From assembly GCF_036321535.1 (NCBI RefSeq), contig NC_087447.1, positions 14,074,001 through 14,138,000 on the forward strand: DNA of 64,000 bases, in the 5' to 3' direction. The position numbers were made by a program, and so were the translations under genes. Below the pieces are notes generated by a model. The model had not been told where the DNA came from, did no database searches, and was given only the letters and a program-made list of their open reading frames with translations. Source of the stretch: Camelus dromedarius. Its lineage: Eukaryota. This document shows, one piece after another, positions 35,201 to 49,470 of this stretch; the first letter of the stretch is position 1; the number at the start of each line of letters is the position of its first letter.

Positions 35201-38142
35201 TCATAAAGTTTTATGAGGTATTAACATACTCAAGGGTCTGAAGTTTATTCAGGGGCTAGTAAATGTAGATAGGTACTCTTAAAATACACAATCAGGAAAT
35301 AATGAAATGGCTCATTATGTATGTAAATAATGTAAATTTAGATAAGGATTATCTGGTAAGCTGCACTTGTGAAACTGGGCTAATGGTTCACCTTGGCAGT
35401 ACTGAGCTAGGTTGCAAGGAAATACTCTCTCTAGGGAATGTGATGGTCATTGAAGCTTGATTGAAGAGAAGAATGTGGGATTTACTGGGGCTTTTGGGGT
35501 GGTTGTAAAAGTCCAGGCTATACAAGCAACCTTGGAATGAAAGAAACTTTAAACATAGTCCTGTATCCCAGCTTCTTAGTGTTACTGAAATATACCCTAG
35601 CTTTGCAAAATTTTCTTACTCTAGAAATCACCTCCAGTGCCATCTCTTTGTGAACTTTCTCATAGTCCTCCCAACCAGATAAGATCTTTTGCCTTCAAGT
35701 TCCCCTTCCCCCAAGGCTCGTAATTATACTGCAGACTAAACTGACAAAACGGAAACTACATCCAGCACCAAGCTCAAGGCTTACACAACAGTGGCTTTTC
35801 TTATCTCTGATCTGAAATCTGAAGGAAAAAAAAAATCATATTTAGCCCTTTAAACAGGCCCACTAAAACAGCCTCCCTGGGCTTTGTAGAAAAACTGTAG
35901 CTGGTGAAGCAACAGTACATGAAGTTGGCCAGTTTATTTTCTTTTTCATTTTTCTTTATGAAGTTGGTCAGTTTAAAGTGCTGTAGCTGGTAAGGAAGTA
36001 AGGAGAGAGAACAGTGGGAGTAATGACTGCCAAGCCTGTCGTCTTAAGTCTGAATTCTCATAATCTTTGGTAGAGTAGATATCCCCACTTTAGAAATAAA
36101 GACAATGAGACTCGAAGATTAAGTAACTCATTTGAAATTATGTGGCTAGTAAGTTTCAGGGCTGAGTTCAAATTTGAGTCTTTGGAATTCCAACGCATGT
36201 TTACTGCTTCATAGAAGCAATGAAATGCTGAGAAGAAAGTAGCCAGTGAACCACATGATAAGTGATTCATCCATCTGAGGAAAAAGGCTCTGCATTTTAG
36301 ACAAATCAGTGAGCCAAATGACAGGCCTCCCACAGAAGAGAATTGAATGGTCCTAAATCAGGAAGGACATAGTTTTTGCCTCTGCAGAGTGATAAATGGG
36401 TGAAGCAACTGAAAATAGAGCTGATCACCATTACTTTTCTAGACTGTTAGGGTTTATGCAGATAGAAAGCTAAGTTACTATACAGTAAAGACTTACTCCT
36501 AGAAGTCATCAGTCCAGTGTATTGGAACTTTTACTACCTTTGAAGGGTATGTCTTGAAAGTGATCTACATGTCAGCTCTGGATTCTGCCAGAACATACTT
36601 GCATATTGGATGGGTTCATTCAGGCTGCTTTCTTAAGTGCTGTAATAATTTGTATCTTTGTAGGGTTTTTTTGTTTGTTTTTAAATGTAGACAAAGATGT
36701 GTGTTTTATCTCCTCTGGAGAGGTTTTTTGGGCTTATTTAAGGATGTCACCTGTGACATCTCATTTTAGTCTCATCCCTCTATTGATCCCTCATCTTATC
36801 TCTTCAGACTTGAGAGAGCTGGAATCCTAAACTCTGATTTTTGTCCCAGAGGGAAAGTTGCGAATGAAAGTTTTGTTTTTCTTGCCACCAACAAAAAACA
36901 AAAAAAACAAAAACAAAAACCTTCTTTTCCAGAGAATATCTTGGATGGTAATAGCAATTAACTTTCTTAAACAACTGAGAATGTTTCCCTTCTAACCAAT
37001 ATTGTTCATAAGAGAAAGGTTTGCTGCCTCCCCGGGCTTTCCGGGAGGCACATCTTCCACACACACTGCCGTGACTCCACGGCACCAGATGAAATGCTGG
37101 GGAGACCATTTGCCTTTCTCTCGTAAGTGGATTCCTCTGCAGCTCGGGCCCCAAATCTCCCAGCCGGGACCAATTAGGCAAATTTTGTATTAAAAACCAC
37201 AATTGTTCTGGAACCAACTTACTGCCACCCTGAAAAGGAATGTTTTCAGATAGATTCAGATCAGTCCCACACACCAAAATATGGCTGGGGAACAGTGCTT
37301 TGGAGAGTGTCAAGGAAAAGAGGGGGAGAAACAAATATGTGACCTGGAGGCGCTACTCAAGGCTCGCCTACTTGCTGAGAGGGAGAGCAAATAATGAAAC
37401 AGTCCTGAAGTCTCCACGATGACACTGTGTGTGAGAAGAGAACTTTTTCTAGCACCAGTTTTTGCCTCACTCACGCAGCCAGGAGAATGAACTGTTCCCT
37501 GGTAAGGCCACATTTCCATGGAAAATCTATTAGGTTTTACAGTTTATTTCCAGAGTAGCATGAGGAGCCAGAGGTGAGACAAGAAACAGAAGTGTGCCTA
37601 CTCGCGTTCTCTCCAGTCTGGGGCCCTGCCGTCCTGGCATCCCAGGGGCTGGTGAGAATGTCCTTGGCTGGAAACAAGAAAGGAGGGTGAAAACGGAAAC
37701 AGCAGGGCCGCGCCTCACTTCAGACTGCTCACTCCCCTGGAATTTAGCTTCCCGTGTCTCCTCCCTTGAGGGGCCCGCGTTTAGGGTTTATAAGTACAAC
37801 CCTCAGTAAGTGTGCAGAGCCCTGTGCTGGGGGCAGCAGAGGATGTAAGAAATCCCTCCCTGTCTTCCATGGCCTTACTGTGCGCTGAGGAAGAGGGTGC
37901 AGTCTGACCATACAAACTAGGAATGTTGGGAGGGTTAAATGGAACCATGTCTAAAACAGCAAAGCCTGAACGCTGAGAGGTTCTCACCGAGTCTCCTAAA
38001 TACTTGCTGTGATGGCCGTTGGACGGGCAGGATGTGCCAGGAGAAGTCCAAACCAAGCACCCTGGGATCCACAATAGGAAAAGCCCACAACCAGCTGGAG
38101 GAACTCGGGGACAACTTCATGAAGGAGGGGCCCTTGAGCTAT

Positions 38143-38297
38143 TTTTGTTTGGTTGGTTTGGTTTGGGGTTTTTTTTTGGGGGGGGGGTAATTAGGCTTAT
38201 TTATTTACTTATTTATTTTAGTGGAGATACTGAGGACTAAACCCAGGACCTTGTGCTTGCTAAGCATGCACTCTGCCACTGAGCTATATCCACCCCC
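38143..38297 (-). mobile_element. tRNA-Ala-derived camelid SINE
   Basis: aaacccaggaccttgtgcttgctaagcatgcactctgccactgagctata. Confidence 0.88.
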
Positions 38298-41200
38298 TCC
38301 CACACCGAGCTGGTTTTTTAAGGTTAGGCTACTGGGAGACAGGATGCCAGAATGGGAGCAATTTCCAGCTCTGTCACTTAGCAGCCGTGCGACGTTGGAC
38401 TAGTTCTTTGATCGTATTAAGCCTCAAGCTCCTCATCTCTAAAATGAGGATAGCACTCCTCTTACTGGAGTGTCAATTAAGTGCAGTGTCACAGTAAATA
38501 TTTGGTATGTGGTAGCTGTTAACGGCTATAGACGGCAAGGGGATACTTTACAAGTGTAAGTAGAGATAATATGGGCAAGGTCATGGAGCTGGCAAAGGCC
38601 AAGAGCTGAGGGCAAGTGGAATTGCATCTCTAATGCGGGTCCTAACCTTTCTTCAAAGCTATATTTCTGCCATATAATGAGTACCCAGAACAGTAACTAA
38701 GAGTTCTCAGTAAATGTTTGTTGAATGAATGGATGACATTCAGGATCCTCAAATTCAATTACATCTCAGCCCAACTCCCCAAGCGTGCCGTGGTACTTGC
38801 ATACTCCAACTTCATTGAACACTTCATGATCACCCCGTTTCCCAAGCTAGAAACCCCAGAGATGACTTTGATTCCTCTCTACCCCTCCCTCTTCTAAGAA
38901 GTCACTGCTGGAGCCTCAGAAATACCTCTTGAATTTGTCATCCTCCCTCCTTCCCCACCGCCTTGGTGCTTCATCTCTGCTCAGCTGTTGCAGCAGCCTT
39001 CTATCTCGTCTTGTTGCCTCCAGCGCAGGACGTTGGCAGCAGATAAAGCTGGAGCTCTGACATGACTCAGGTGTGGGAGGATGGCTACAACTTTTCTCTG
39101 CCTATATAGGCTTCCGGCGAGGAATAAAATACTTCCTTCTGACCTAAGTATCTTAAGACTTCTTGCCCTAGCATCCTTAAATCCACAAACCCCAAGCCCA
39201 AGCTATGCAGTCCCAGTTCTCCTACAACCTCCTCTTCTCTGCATATTTGCGCCTCACTCGCAGCTGCTCTTTGGGTCTGTTATCTTCCGCTGGAGCCTTG
39301 TGCAGGAGAAGCCAAGCTGAGAGACAAGGATATTTAAAAATAGAAAGTGGGTGTAAAGTTCTGCAGTTGCAAATGTTTTTTAAAAGACTAATTCCATCTC
39401 TCTTCCATTTGAGCTTTTGAAATTCTTGTCCACCCCCTCATCTTCCATCTTTTCCCAAAGCCTGTGAGTTCCTGCCCTCTCCTTGGTCAAGTCCATGATA
39501 AACCTGGAAACCATGGCGGCTAAGAGATGTGACCTGGAAAGCAGTGCCTCTGTAGACAGCTATACAGAGTAAAAACTATTGAGATAACAAACGGACTTAC
39601 CACCTAATGAGAGAATATTTATTGGTGGCCCACTGCATGACCTGCCCGTATATCCATTAGTTCCAACCAGTAAAACAGCCATATAAAAAAACAAAATATT
39701 ACCCCATTTTACTGATAGAAAAGTGAAGTTCAGAATGGCAAACTGATTTGCCCAAGACTGATAAATGACAGAGCCAGGATTCAGACCTGAATCTGCAAGT
39801 CTGAGGAATTTCTGATATGTCATGGACACGTACTGAGTTCTGCTTTTCTACATCAGAATAGGGGAAATGGATTTAAACAAGGGGTTAAAAATGAAACGAG
39901 AGGGAACTTGAGATTTTATAACAATGAAAGGGTCAAGTTGTAGATTATGGTTGCATAATATGCAACGGTATTGTTGGGTCAGAAGCCTCATAAACTGGCT
40001 TAATTAAGAGAAAGAATTTACTGGCTCAAGTAACAGGAATGGCCTGTGGTTAATCTGGTGGTTGGAACAAAGGCATCAGGACTCCCACTCGCCCCATCCC
40101 TTGGGCGACCTCTGCCTGGTTTCCCTCTCAAACAGGCTCACTCCACTTGGCAGCACGATGACAATTGGCAGCTTCGCTCACACGGCTTCCTAGAGCTTGT
40201 AATTTCAGAGAACAAGTCAATATCTCTTAGGGAAGTTCCAGCAAGAATCCCCTGGAGGACTCTGGCTTGTGTCCATCTGTCAACCATTCCATTCGGTGTG
40301 TCTGGGGGATGGAGTACTCTACCAGGCAGACCTGAGTCTCAGGCCCAGCCTCAAGATGTCAGGATCCAGGGTCAGCCCCATCGGAACCATATACAGTTGG
40401 CCCCGTCTCTGCAGATTCGCCAACCAGATTCAAGGGTCTACCACACATTGGGCTGGAGGGGTGTGGCTCATCAAAGAAAGGTTTCCAGGCAAGGACAGAG
40501 ACTGCAACCTGTCACAAAGAATCAGCTTGACCAGCGAGGGAAAGAAAGTGGCACAGTCCACCAAGAACTTAACCTGTGAAAATCCACCAAACTGAGATGA
40601 GCGCAGGGGTTGATGGGTATTGAAACCTATGCACAGGTGTGTAAATATGTTAATCACCCCGTCAACCACATAATATCCCCATTTTTTCAAGTGAAAAAAA
40701 TGGAAGCTCAGAGATTGAAATAACTCGCTAGTAAGGGGCAGAGCTAGAGTTCAGACCTGAATATGCTTGGCTCCAGCCCCAGCGCGCTTTCCACCGCAGC
40801 GCACTGCCCATCTGGGGGGAGCCAGGCGCGAGGAGCCTTTGGGAGAAGCGGGCAGGTGAGCGCTAGGAAGCCAGGTCCCCGTGGGAGTCCCTCCCATCTG
40901 CACCGCGTTGCTCTGACTGAGGGCAGCAGTGCATTGGCCCGGGAGACCCCCACCCCCACCCCGCCCCAGTAACCACAGTCCTGCACGAATACCAGCTGAG
41001 CAGCTGAGCAGCTGAGCAATTCTTCATGTGCATCAGCGACCGTCCTCTCTCAGTGGGAGGAAAACACTACCAGGGAGCTGCTCCCCCAACCTTACTTCTG
41101 ACCATGGGAAGAAATTACCTGGCGCTGTCAGTGGTACAGGAACTAGGGGAGAAAGCGGAATCTAGACGGAAGGCTGTGTTGGGTATGGAATGGAATGAGT

Positions 41201-42599
41201 GGATGAGCGAATACATAAAGAGTCCTAGAAAAATGATTTGAAAAATTTAGAGGAAAGTTACTATCTCACGTTTAGAGACTTAAATGGGAACATGGCACAA
41301 GAGGGATGAGAAGCTCTGAAACAGGAAATGAGGACGGCTCGTTTGCAAAAAATTCTTGGACAGGAAAAGGAGGGAGAGCTGAAGAGACCGTTGTGGCTCT
41401 GCAAAGAGCTCTCTGACAGACGAAAAAGCAGGTGTAAGAGGAGGAAGGTTAAAGTCCTTGATAAATTGCAAAAAAAAAAAAAGTGCAGACAATAAAAGAT
41501 ATCGTTGGTTATGTTCAGAGCAAGAGGAATAAAGGGGGGTTAGGGTTCCACTTGGGAGTGAAGGTTGTCAGAAAGCAGAATACTCAGCCCTGATTTTCTT
41601 CATTCTCCCCCAAAGAAAAGTAGCTCTCAACTGAACTGAGTCAAGCAAAACATGGTTTAGAGGAAATTGAGGCTCCAAAGAGAAGAGAAGATAGTAAGAA
41701 AACCTTGGCACCCAGGCATTTAAAATGAGTTGCGAGTCCCAAGGTACTGAAAAACCGTTGCAAGTAAGATCCTGGAACCCTTGCCGAGGTAGCTGAGAAA
41801 GCCATGGAGGAAAGGAAAGGGGCCTCGGTGCCCAATGGCTGTGGATGTCCTGGTATCAGAAGAGACGAAAGGCAGATTCTGGAAACTCTAGGTGGGTACA
41901 TTTCAGGTGAATTCCCCCCAAATTTATTCTGGAATATATTAAACCGTGGGTTTGAGAACACTTAGAAAAAGAATGGTTATCTTCACTGAAAACAAGATAC
42001 AGTAAATAATACCAACAATAATCTAGTTTGTTATTTATTTGACAGCCATTAGGAAACTTTCCTTGGCTGTAGCGTACCCTGTTTCCAGTTAGACATGGAA
42101 TGCCTCCTGACTGAGGAGACGGCAGGAAAAGAAGGTTCTCAGAGATTGCCCAGTCGGGTGGGTTTCTAGCACATTTAACCACTGTGCCCCTCCCCCCAAG
42201 TTGGTTATTCAGTTGATATGAATCTGGGGAGAAGTCTTAAGTTTCATGCTTGTAGCCTTGGCATTTGGTCACCTTAGTTGTTAATCGTCTCTGCCACACT
42301 CACAGTGCAGATGGCACCATTATTGGGAGGAAAAGCTAATATTTGGATGTCAGAATCAAGATTGTAAAGTATCTTGAAACAGCGAGCTGAAACCAACAGG
42401 ATGAATGTAGAAGTGAAAAGACCTGCATTTATGTGTCTTTTAAAAAATCAGCTGCACTAGCACCGGCTGAAGGAAGTTTGACAGTGGTACGTGTGAAAGA
42501 GGTGAGGGCTTCCAGCCAACCTCAGGTTGAGGAGAAGCCAGTAGGAACCGAGGAAGTGCTTAAAAAGATAGTGGTTCTTCCTACCTTTTAAAAATTTTA

Positions 42600-43850
42600 A
42601 GTACAAAAGGGTGAAACAGTGAAGAGTGTGTCTCTCTCCCATAACCATTCCTCTTCCCAGGAGGCAACCACTGTTAATAATTTCTAGAAGATCCTCTCTG
42701 AAGTAGTCTGTGCACAGATAAAAGCAAATACTTACTTTCTTTTTTTTTTAACAGAAATGGTAGCATACTGTACACTTTGGTTTTTTTACTTAACAGTAAA
42801 TCGTAGAGATGATTTAATATGGGTACCTAAAATGAGGGTGGGTAGTATTCTATGCATCCGAATTTATTGAATGGGACCTCTACTGCTGGACATGCAGATT
42901 GTTTCCAGTGTTTTGCTATTAAAAACAATGTAGCGATGAATAAATAACATGTCATTTCAAACATGTGAGCATGCATCTGAAGAACAGCTTTTCAAGAAGC
43001 AGAATCACTGAATTGAAGGGCATGTGGTAGATATTGTCCACTTGCCCAGTGGTACTAGTTGACCCTCCCACTGACAGTGTATGAAGTCCATTTCTCCATC
43101 TCCTGACAATAGACTGTGTTATAAATCTATTGATCTTTGGTAACCTGAGGTAAAAAAAAATGATGGCATCTTACTGTAATTTTCTTATTCTAACAATTGT
43201 TTTTTTTTATTAACTGCTTATATCCTTTACCCCTTTTCTACTGAGTTGTCTTTTTCTTAGAGCTCTTTATATATTAAAGAAATTTTCTCTCTATGATATG
43301 AATTATAAATATGTTTTCCAGTTTGTAGTTTGTCTTTTGATTTTGTCCCAGGCAGTTTTGCCATGTAAATATGTTTTCTTTTAAGCTATAGTAAAATGTA
43401 TCCACCAATTTTTTTTTTGAACTCTGGATTTTATGTTATACTTCAAATGTCTTCCTCACTCTGAAATTTTTTTTAATATTACTTGATTTCTTTTTGTACT
43501 TTTTGGGTTTCATTCTTACATTTAAATGTGTGATCCATTTGGAGTTTGTTTTGGTATAAGATATGATGCATGGATCCAACTTAAATTTTTCCAGATGGCT
43601 GCCTAGTTGTCCCCATACAGTTTATTAAATCATGTTTCTTTTCTTCTCTGATTTATTTACTTTTTGGAGGGTGGGAAGGCAATTAGGTTTATTTATTTCT
43701 TAGTGGATGTACTGGGGATTGAACCCAGGACCTCGTGTGTGCTAAGCAGGCACTCTACAACTGAGCTCTACCCTCCCCACCCCTCTGATTTAAAATAACA
43801 CTTTTATAATATTCTACTTCCAAAATGTATTTAGGCACACTTGAAAGAAA
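42600..43850 (-). mobile_element. Old L1 (L1ME-like) fragments
   Basis: cccaggaggcaaccactgttaataattt...gtttccagtgttttgctattaaaaacaatg...ccatttggagtttgttttggtataag; boundaries approximate. Confidence 0.65.
43656..43782 (-). mobile_element. tRNA-Ala-derived camelid SINE nested in L1
   Basis: TSD ctctgattta (43646-43655 / 43783-43792). Confidence 0.9.
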
Positions 43851-44319
43851 TTAAAGTTTTTATTGATATTTTAAATTACTTTTCAAATGAAAGCAATAAA
43901 TATTCATTATAGAAAGTTTGGGAAATAAAAAACATCCAGAGAAAATAAATATCAACCCTGAACCCACCATAAATAACTAAATATTTTGGTGTTTATCCAT
44001 CCAGTCTTTTCCTGCGTGATTATATTTCTTACCTAATTGAGATGATACTAAGTCCCCCAAGTCAAGTGTGATCTAAATGCCCAAACTGGACCAGTCATCA
44101 TCTGACCCAGACTGAATCCAGTCTTCCCGTCCTCCCCGGCCCCAGGGCAGGAGGTGGAGTAAACACCTTGACTCCTCCAGCTCCTTCATGCCCGCTCTCA
44201 TTCTAGTCACCATGTCCTTCATATTTTCCCTCCAGAGACTCACAAGCCCTCAACTGCAAAGTCCTCTCAGTATGTAGATGAAGAAGCCAAGACCCAGAGA
44301 GAGGAAATAACTCGTAAAA

Positions 44320-45130
44320 GTCCGAGTGCTTTTAACTGCAGGAAACAGAGGACTCAACTCAAAATGGCTCCACCAAAAGGGGATTTATCGTCTTCCATAA
44401 TGAGAGGTCCATGGGTAGGGTCTGGAGGTATTTGTGCCTCCAATCTCCTCTGCCAACATCGGTCAAAGAGGGCCTGCAGCAATAGGTCAGATAAAGCCTC
44501 AGTTTGGGGAGAAACTCAGTAACTGTACTGTATCTTCAGTCCAATTTTGACAAGTTCTGGCTCCCTCAGGGTTCCGACTATCTACTGCTGCAGCATCCCA
44601 AAAGGTCCTGGTTTAAAACAACAACACTCAGTTCTATCCCTTGTGGGTCCGGAGGTGCACTGGGTTGAGCCAGGTGGTTCCCTTTCAGAGTCCCTGGTAC
44701 AGCTGCAGGCAGACAGTGACTGGGCCAAGAGTCATCTTGAAGGCTTCCTCACACGGACTGCAAGCACTTATGCTGGAACCTCCGCCGGGGTCAGGGCCAC
44801 TTCATGGGATGCAATTTATACAGCTACACAAAGTTCCATGCTTAGAAGGGCTCTAGGTTGGGTTTGATGCTCTGTTATCACCATCTAAATTCTTTTCTGA
44901 ACAAGAGGCCTTGCATTTTTATTTTGCACTGGACCTTGCAAATTAGATAACTGGTCTAATCTAATCTTACTGGAGTGGGGCTGTTGGCCACAGTATCTGC
45001 ATGTGGTCTTTCCATGTGGCCTGGGCTTTCTCACATCATAATGGCTAGCTTCCAAGTTTCTGTTTCAAGAGAGGGCCAGGTTGAACCAGTGTCACCCTTT
45101 ATGACCGAATCTAGGTCCTCCTCTTAGAGG
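44320..45130. mobile_element. Old MaLR MLT1-type LTR remnants
   Basis: ggtttaaaacaacaacact..., gtggtctttccatgtggcctgggctttctcacatcataatggct... Subfamily and strand are uncertain. Confidence 0.5.
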
Positions 45131-46792
45131 GGAGTGACATGGTCCAGTGTCAGAAGAGCAGGTGGGATGAGAGATGCTGTCACAGCTGTCTTTGGAAAAT
45201 GCCATTCGCCACATCTGGTCAGAAGTAGGCCACATCTGCATCCCTGCCCTCAACCTCCCCATCTGCAGAAGAGGCCTGGGGTTCCCTTCTGGGAAAGGGG
45301 CCAACAGAGAGTCAGGAATTTATCCTCACAGCCACGCCCAACTTCCCCCATTATGGTTGTTTACCAAGTGCTCAGAGGGATTGGAATCAGGGGCAGTGGG
45401 GCCAGGAGCCCAACCGAGAAGTTCCAAACGTCTACTCCCCTGGAGGGCTGAACTCTCCAAGGAAGGCAGGGACTCAGCACCCTGACATCTGTTTCTCCTG
45501 CCGGCATCTCTGCTTGGCTGATGATTCCTCCTCTTTCATTTCTCCCTGGGGCATGTTGTTGTCTTTCTCATTAACTTCCCCTCAACTCCCAGCAAGGTCC
45601 CTAGACTCTGAGCTCAGCTAATTCCCCTGTAATCCTCCGGCAAACCAGGAAGCTAATTAAATTGTGAGCTTGTGCGCTCACTCTCTGTCAGTCTCTGCAT
45701 TTCTTCTCCGTCTCTCTTCCATCCATCTCTTCCCTTTCTTTTCCTTTCTTCCTAGTCCTGCATAGTTCAGATTCATCTGGACACTCTGAGTCTTTTCTTG
45801 GAGATCTCCCTGCCTCTCCTCGCTGCTTCTGTCTCCTGCCTTTCACTCTGTAGCCAGAGCAATCTTAAAATCCTGTTCTGAGCACCCTCCTCTCTACTGC
45901 AGGATAAACCAAGCTCCTTAGCTCGGCATTTAAGGCCCACACACCTTACCTGTCATGCCTCCTTCACAAACTCCCCTTGAACTGAGCCACATACAGGCCC
46001 ATCTATGGCACCTCCACACCTTTTTCACACTCTTACCTTTGACTGGATCCCACTCCCTCACTCCTCTATCAGCACTATGTAAAATCCTCACCATCATTTA
46101 GAAGTAACTTCTGTGATACCTGACTCCCCCAGGTGGAATTTCTCCCTCCCAGAGCTCTCATACCACTTTGCACCTCTCTCCTGGTGCTGATCTCTTTTTA
46201 CCTGTTAAGGTTTTTTATGTCCACATCCAGCCATTCTCACTAAATGATCAGCTCCTTGAAGGAAGGGTCTTTAGGTCCTATTCCTCTCAGCTTACTCCTG
46301 AGTACCTACCTAATAATGTGTCTTAGAACACTTCATTGTTGCCTCCTGGCTCAAAGTAGCAACTGGAGCTCCAGCCTTCATGCATACATTCTAGGAGAAG
46401 GGAAAAGAATAAGGAAGGCAAAACAGAGTGGGCCTCCCAGCTGAGTCAGTCCCTTTAAAGCACTTTTCTTTCCCAGTAACTTCTGCTTACACCTCATTGA
46501 CCAGGTTTAGTTGCAGGAGACACTGGGTACATTGCTACCCTTCAAACTCACTTTATTTTACAGATGAAAAAATAAGGCCCAGAGAAGATCAGAGAATTAG
46601 GGAAACCACAGAGCATAGTATTTAAGGACTGGGTTTGGAGCTAGACAGACCTGGGTTTGAATCCTGCCTCTGCATTAACCTCTTTATTCCTTATTTGTAA
46701 AATTGGGCTAATGGTACCTATTTCAGGGGATGTTAAGGCATTAAATAAGGTAATGGTGAAATGAAAAAGCACTTAACACAGTTATTATTCAT

Positions 46793-47234
46793 TGTCTCAG
46801 TCTGGGTTCCCCAAAGCCAACCCTGAGACAGATTTGGATACAAGTAGTTTATTTAGGAGGTGATTCCAGAAGCAGGGTGAGGGAGTGAGACAAGGAAGGG
46901 CAGAAAGAAAGCAGAGCATACAGGGATGAGCAAGTTCTCCCTGCGGACAACTTAGGCTTCACTCTGCTCAAGTCACTCTGAGACTGGAACGTGCTTAGGG
47001 ACTGGGAATTGTCCCACTTTCAGGGGGACAGAAAATTGGAGGCTTTATCGACTAACTTTGGGCCCTCCTTGGTTGAGGATTGCCCTAGAGGCATTAATTC
47101 TCCACTTCCAGCCTGCCCCACGCTCACTTCGGAATGCCTCAGGAGAGAGACTGGGAGCGGGTTCAGGAACTCCGCAGGTGACCTCTAGGTAGGCCTCGGG
47201 GTTTGAGTAGGAGCACCGATAGCATCTGCTACAC
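46793..47234. mobile_element. ERVL LTR16-like solo LTR
   Basis: tgtctcagtctgggttccccaaagccaaccctgagacagatttggatacaagtagtttatttaggaggtgattccagaagc. Confidence 0.55.
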
Positions 47235-49059
47235 CCAATGAAAGGAACTTGCTATGAAAATTATGATTGTGTTGTTGTAGTCACACAACAAAGTAGTGGC
47301 AGGCAGCAACTACAACCTAGCCCAGGGCTCTCTTCTCTGAACCCCGCTGCCTCCTAACTTCCATTCTGGTGCACCCCTACTTCACCCCAGCCTGCCCAAA
47401 ACACCCACCAGTACCTGGCATCCTCTTTCTCCATATCCCTTTGCCAGTGGCCTCCACCTTGTCCCAACCTTGGATGTAAACCCTGTTGTCATCTGCCTCA
47501 GTCACCTGTTTCTACCCACTACCCTGACTTCTCTAGTGAAACTTTTTTGTTGACCCAGGGAAAGTGTGAAATGGCTTTCAGCCTGAGACAGACCTCCCCA
47601 CCAGGATTTAATTGTCCTGCCTTGAGAGTCCTGCCTTCTTCCCTTCCCTCCCACAATTGGAATCACACCTTCAAAAGGCACCTTTCCGATGGCAACCCCA
47701 CCCTCCTGGTCCAGAAGAGGTACTGTTGCCCTAAGAAGGGTTGTGGCTGCCACAGGTTGGCTCCCTGCCTTCCCCAGCTACATCGCTGTGTGGCTCATCC
47801 CACCCTCACCCTATCTCACCTCCCACCACACCGCACACAGGCCTTTTCAAGCTAGTGAAGAGGATGGGAGACAGTCGTGATCTGACAGGGCTAGACAGGC
47901 GCTTAACTTTGTGTCCCCAAATGCTCCCATGCCCAGCCCCAAATGCCTCCATTCATTCCTTTCCATTAAGACACATATCCATTCATTTCATCGTTCCCCC
48001 AACACCCAGAAGAACACTTACTGAGTTCATCATCATTGTCAACACCTTCAGGAGGACTAACCCATGTTAGATTAACTGGGATCCTGTAAGTTCTGAGAGT
48101 TCCAGAAGGAAAGCCCCAGAGGGCAGGGGGTTTCACGGGGCACTAGGCTTCTCAAGACTGCACAGAGGGTCTGTGGCAGAGCCAGGACTAGAGCCCAGGC
48201 CTCCTGAGTCAACCAGAGGCAGGCAGAGGGGACTGGCTCCTGGCAGCTGAGAGTAGGGCTCTTCAGAAGCCATCCAGTCAGTCAACCTCTACTGAGTGCC
48301 CTGCACAGCTGTCCAGAGAGAGGAGCAGCCTCCCTGAGGTGGGGTCAAAGCCCAGGGTGGAAGCCATGGAAGGGCCTCCATGAGTGCTGGGGTGGGAAGA
48401 CAGCTGTCCCAGCCCTGATGCCCTGCTAGGTCCTGCCACCCTGGCCCAACTAGGTAGGTGTCAGTGATCAACGTCCCTCAGCAAACAGGCCCTTCGAGCC
48501 CTCCCATTGCCCTTCTCAACCCTCTCCCTCCTTGCAGGCGCTGTGGAAGCAGCTTTTCCAGCCAAAACTCAGTTCTGCCCCGAGGACTCCCCTCCTTCTT
48601 CCTTACCGCCTCCACAGGGGGCCCAGGCTCACCCTCTGATGTCTGGGGGCTTTGTCTTCCTCCTTCATTCGTAACCAACCATGGGCATTTTCCAGTTTGG
48701 AGGTGAGGAAGAAAACAGGTCACTGTAAGCCCTTCCTTTACTGCCAGCATTGACCCATTTATCCTTCTTTTCCCTCAGACCCCCTCCCCCAGTGCCACTC
48801 AGCCTGGACATCTGTCCCAGCCAAAACCTCACCTTCCACTGTCCTTGCAGCCCAGAGCCTCGTCCAGTCTCTGCGCCCTGCTCCAATCCCCTCTCCTCAA
48901 ACCAGGGAGGAGGCTGCTCTGTAGAGTGCCCTGAGCCACCCTTAGCTTGGCCTCTCCTCAGGCCTCAGTTTCCCCATCTGCTAACTTGGATTATTGATGC
49001 CTGCTCTCCAGACCCAGAGGATGAAGCCCTAGGGAGGTCACGGAGGAGGAAGGGCCTCC

Positions 49060-49470
49060 TGCACGCGGTGCCCCGGGCCCTGCGGCCCCGCACTGGGTCC
49101 TCGGCGCGCCCCTCCCTCTCTCTCCCCCTCCCTTCTCTCCCCCTGCCCGCCTCTCCCCCGCCTCTCCTCGCGCGGGTCCGGCGGCTCGCTCTTTCGCGGT
49201 CCTCTTTCCCTCGCTCCTGCCCGCTCCTCGCCTCCCGGCGCCCACCCCGGGGTCCCAGCGCCCCGCCCGCCTCCGCGGGCCCCGCCGCCCCCGCCAGGCC
49301 CGGCCCCGCCGCAGCGCGGGCGGTCAGTGCGTAGCCCGGTGCCCTCCCGGAGCCGGAGCCGGATCGCGGGCTCGGAGCGAACCCGACCGACCGCCGCCCC
49401 CAGCCAGGTGAGGGATGCTCCGGGGCGCGGGGAGCCAGGCTTTCTCCTTAACTGGAAGCGGGGGCGGGGG
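49060..49470 (+). promoter_or_regulatory. C1QTNF4: C1QTNF4 CpG-island promoter and non-coding exon 1 (donor after 49407)
   Basis: CpG island with donor CCAG|gtgagg at 49407/49408, about 2.9 kb upstream of the coding exon. The TSS cannot be placed exactly. Confidence 0.75.
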
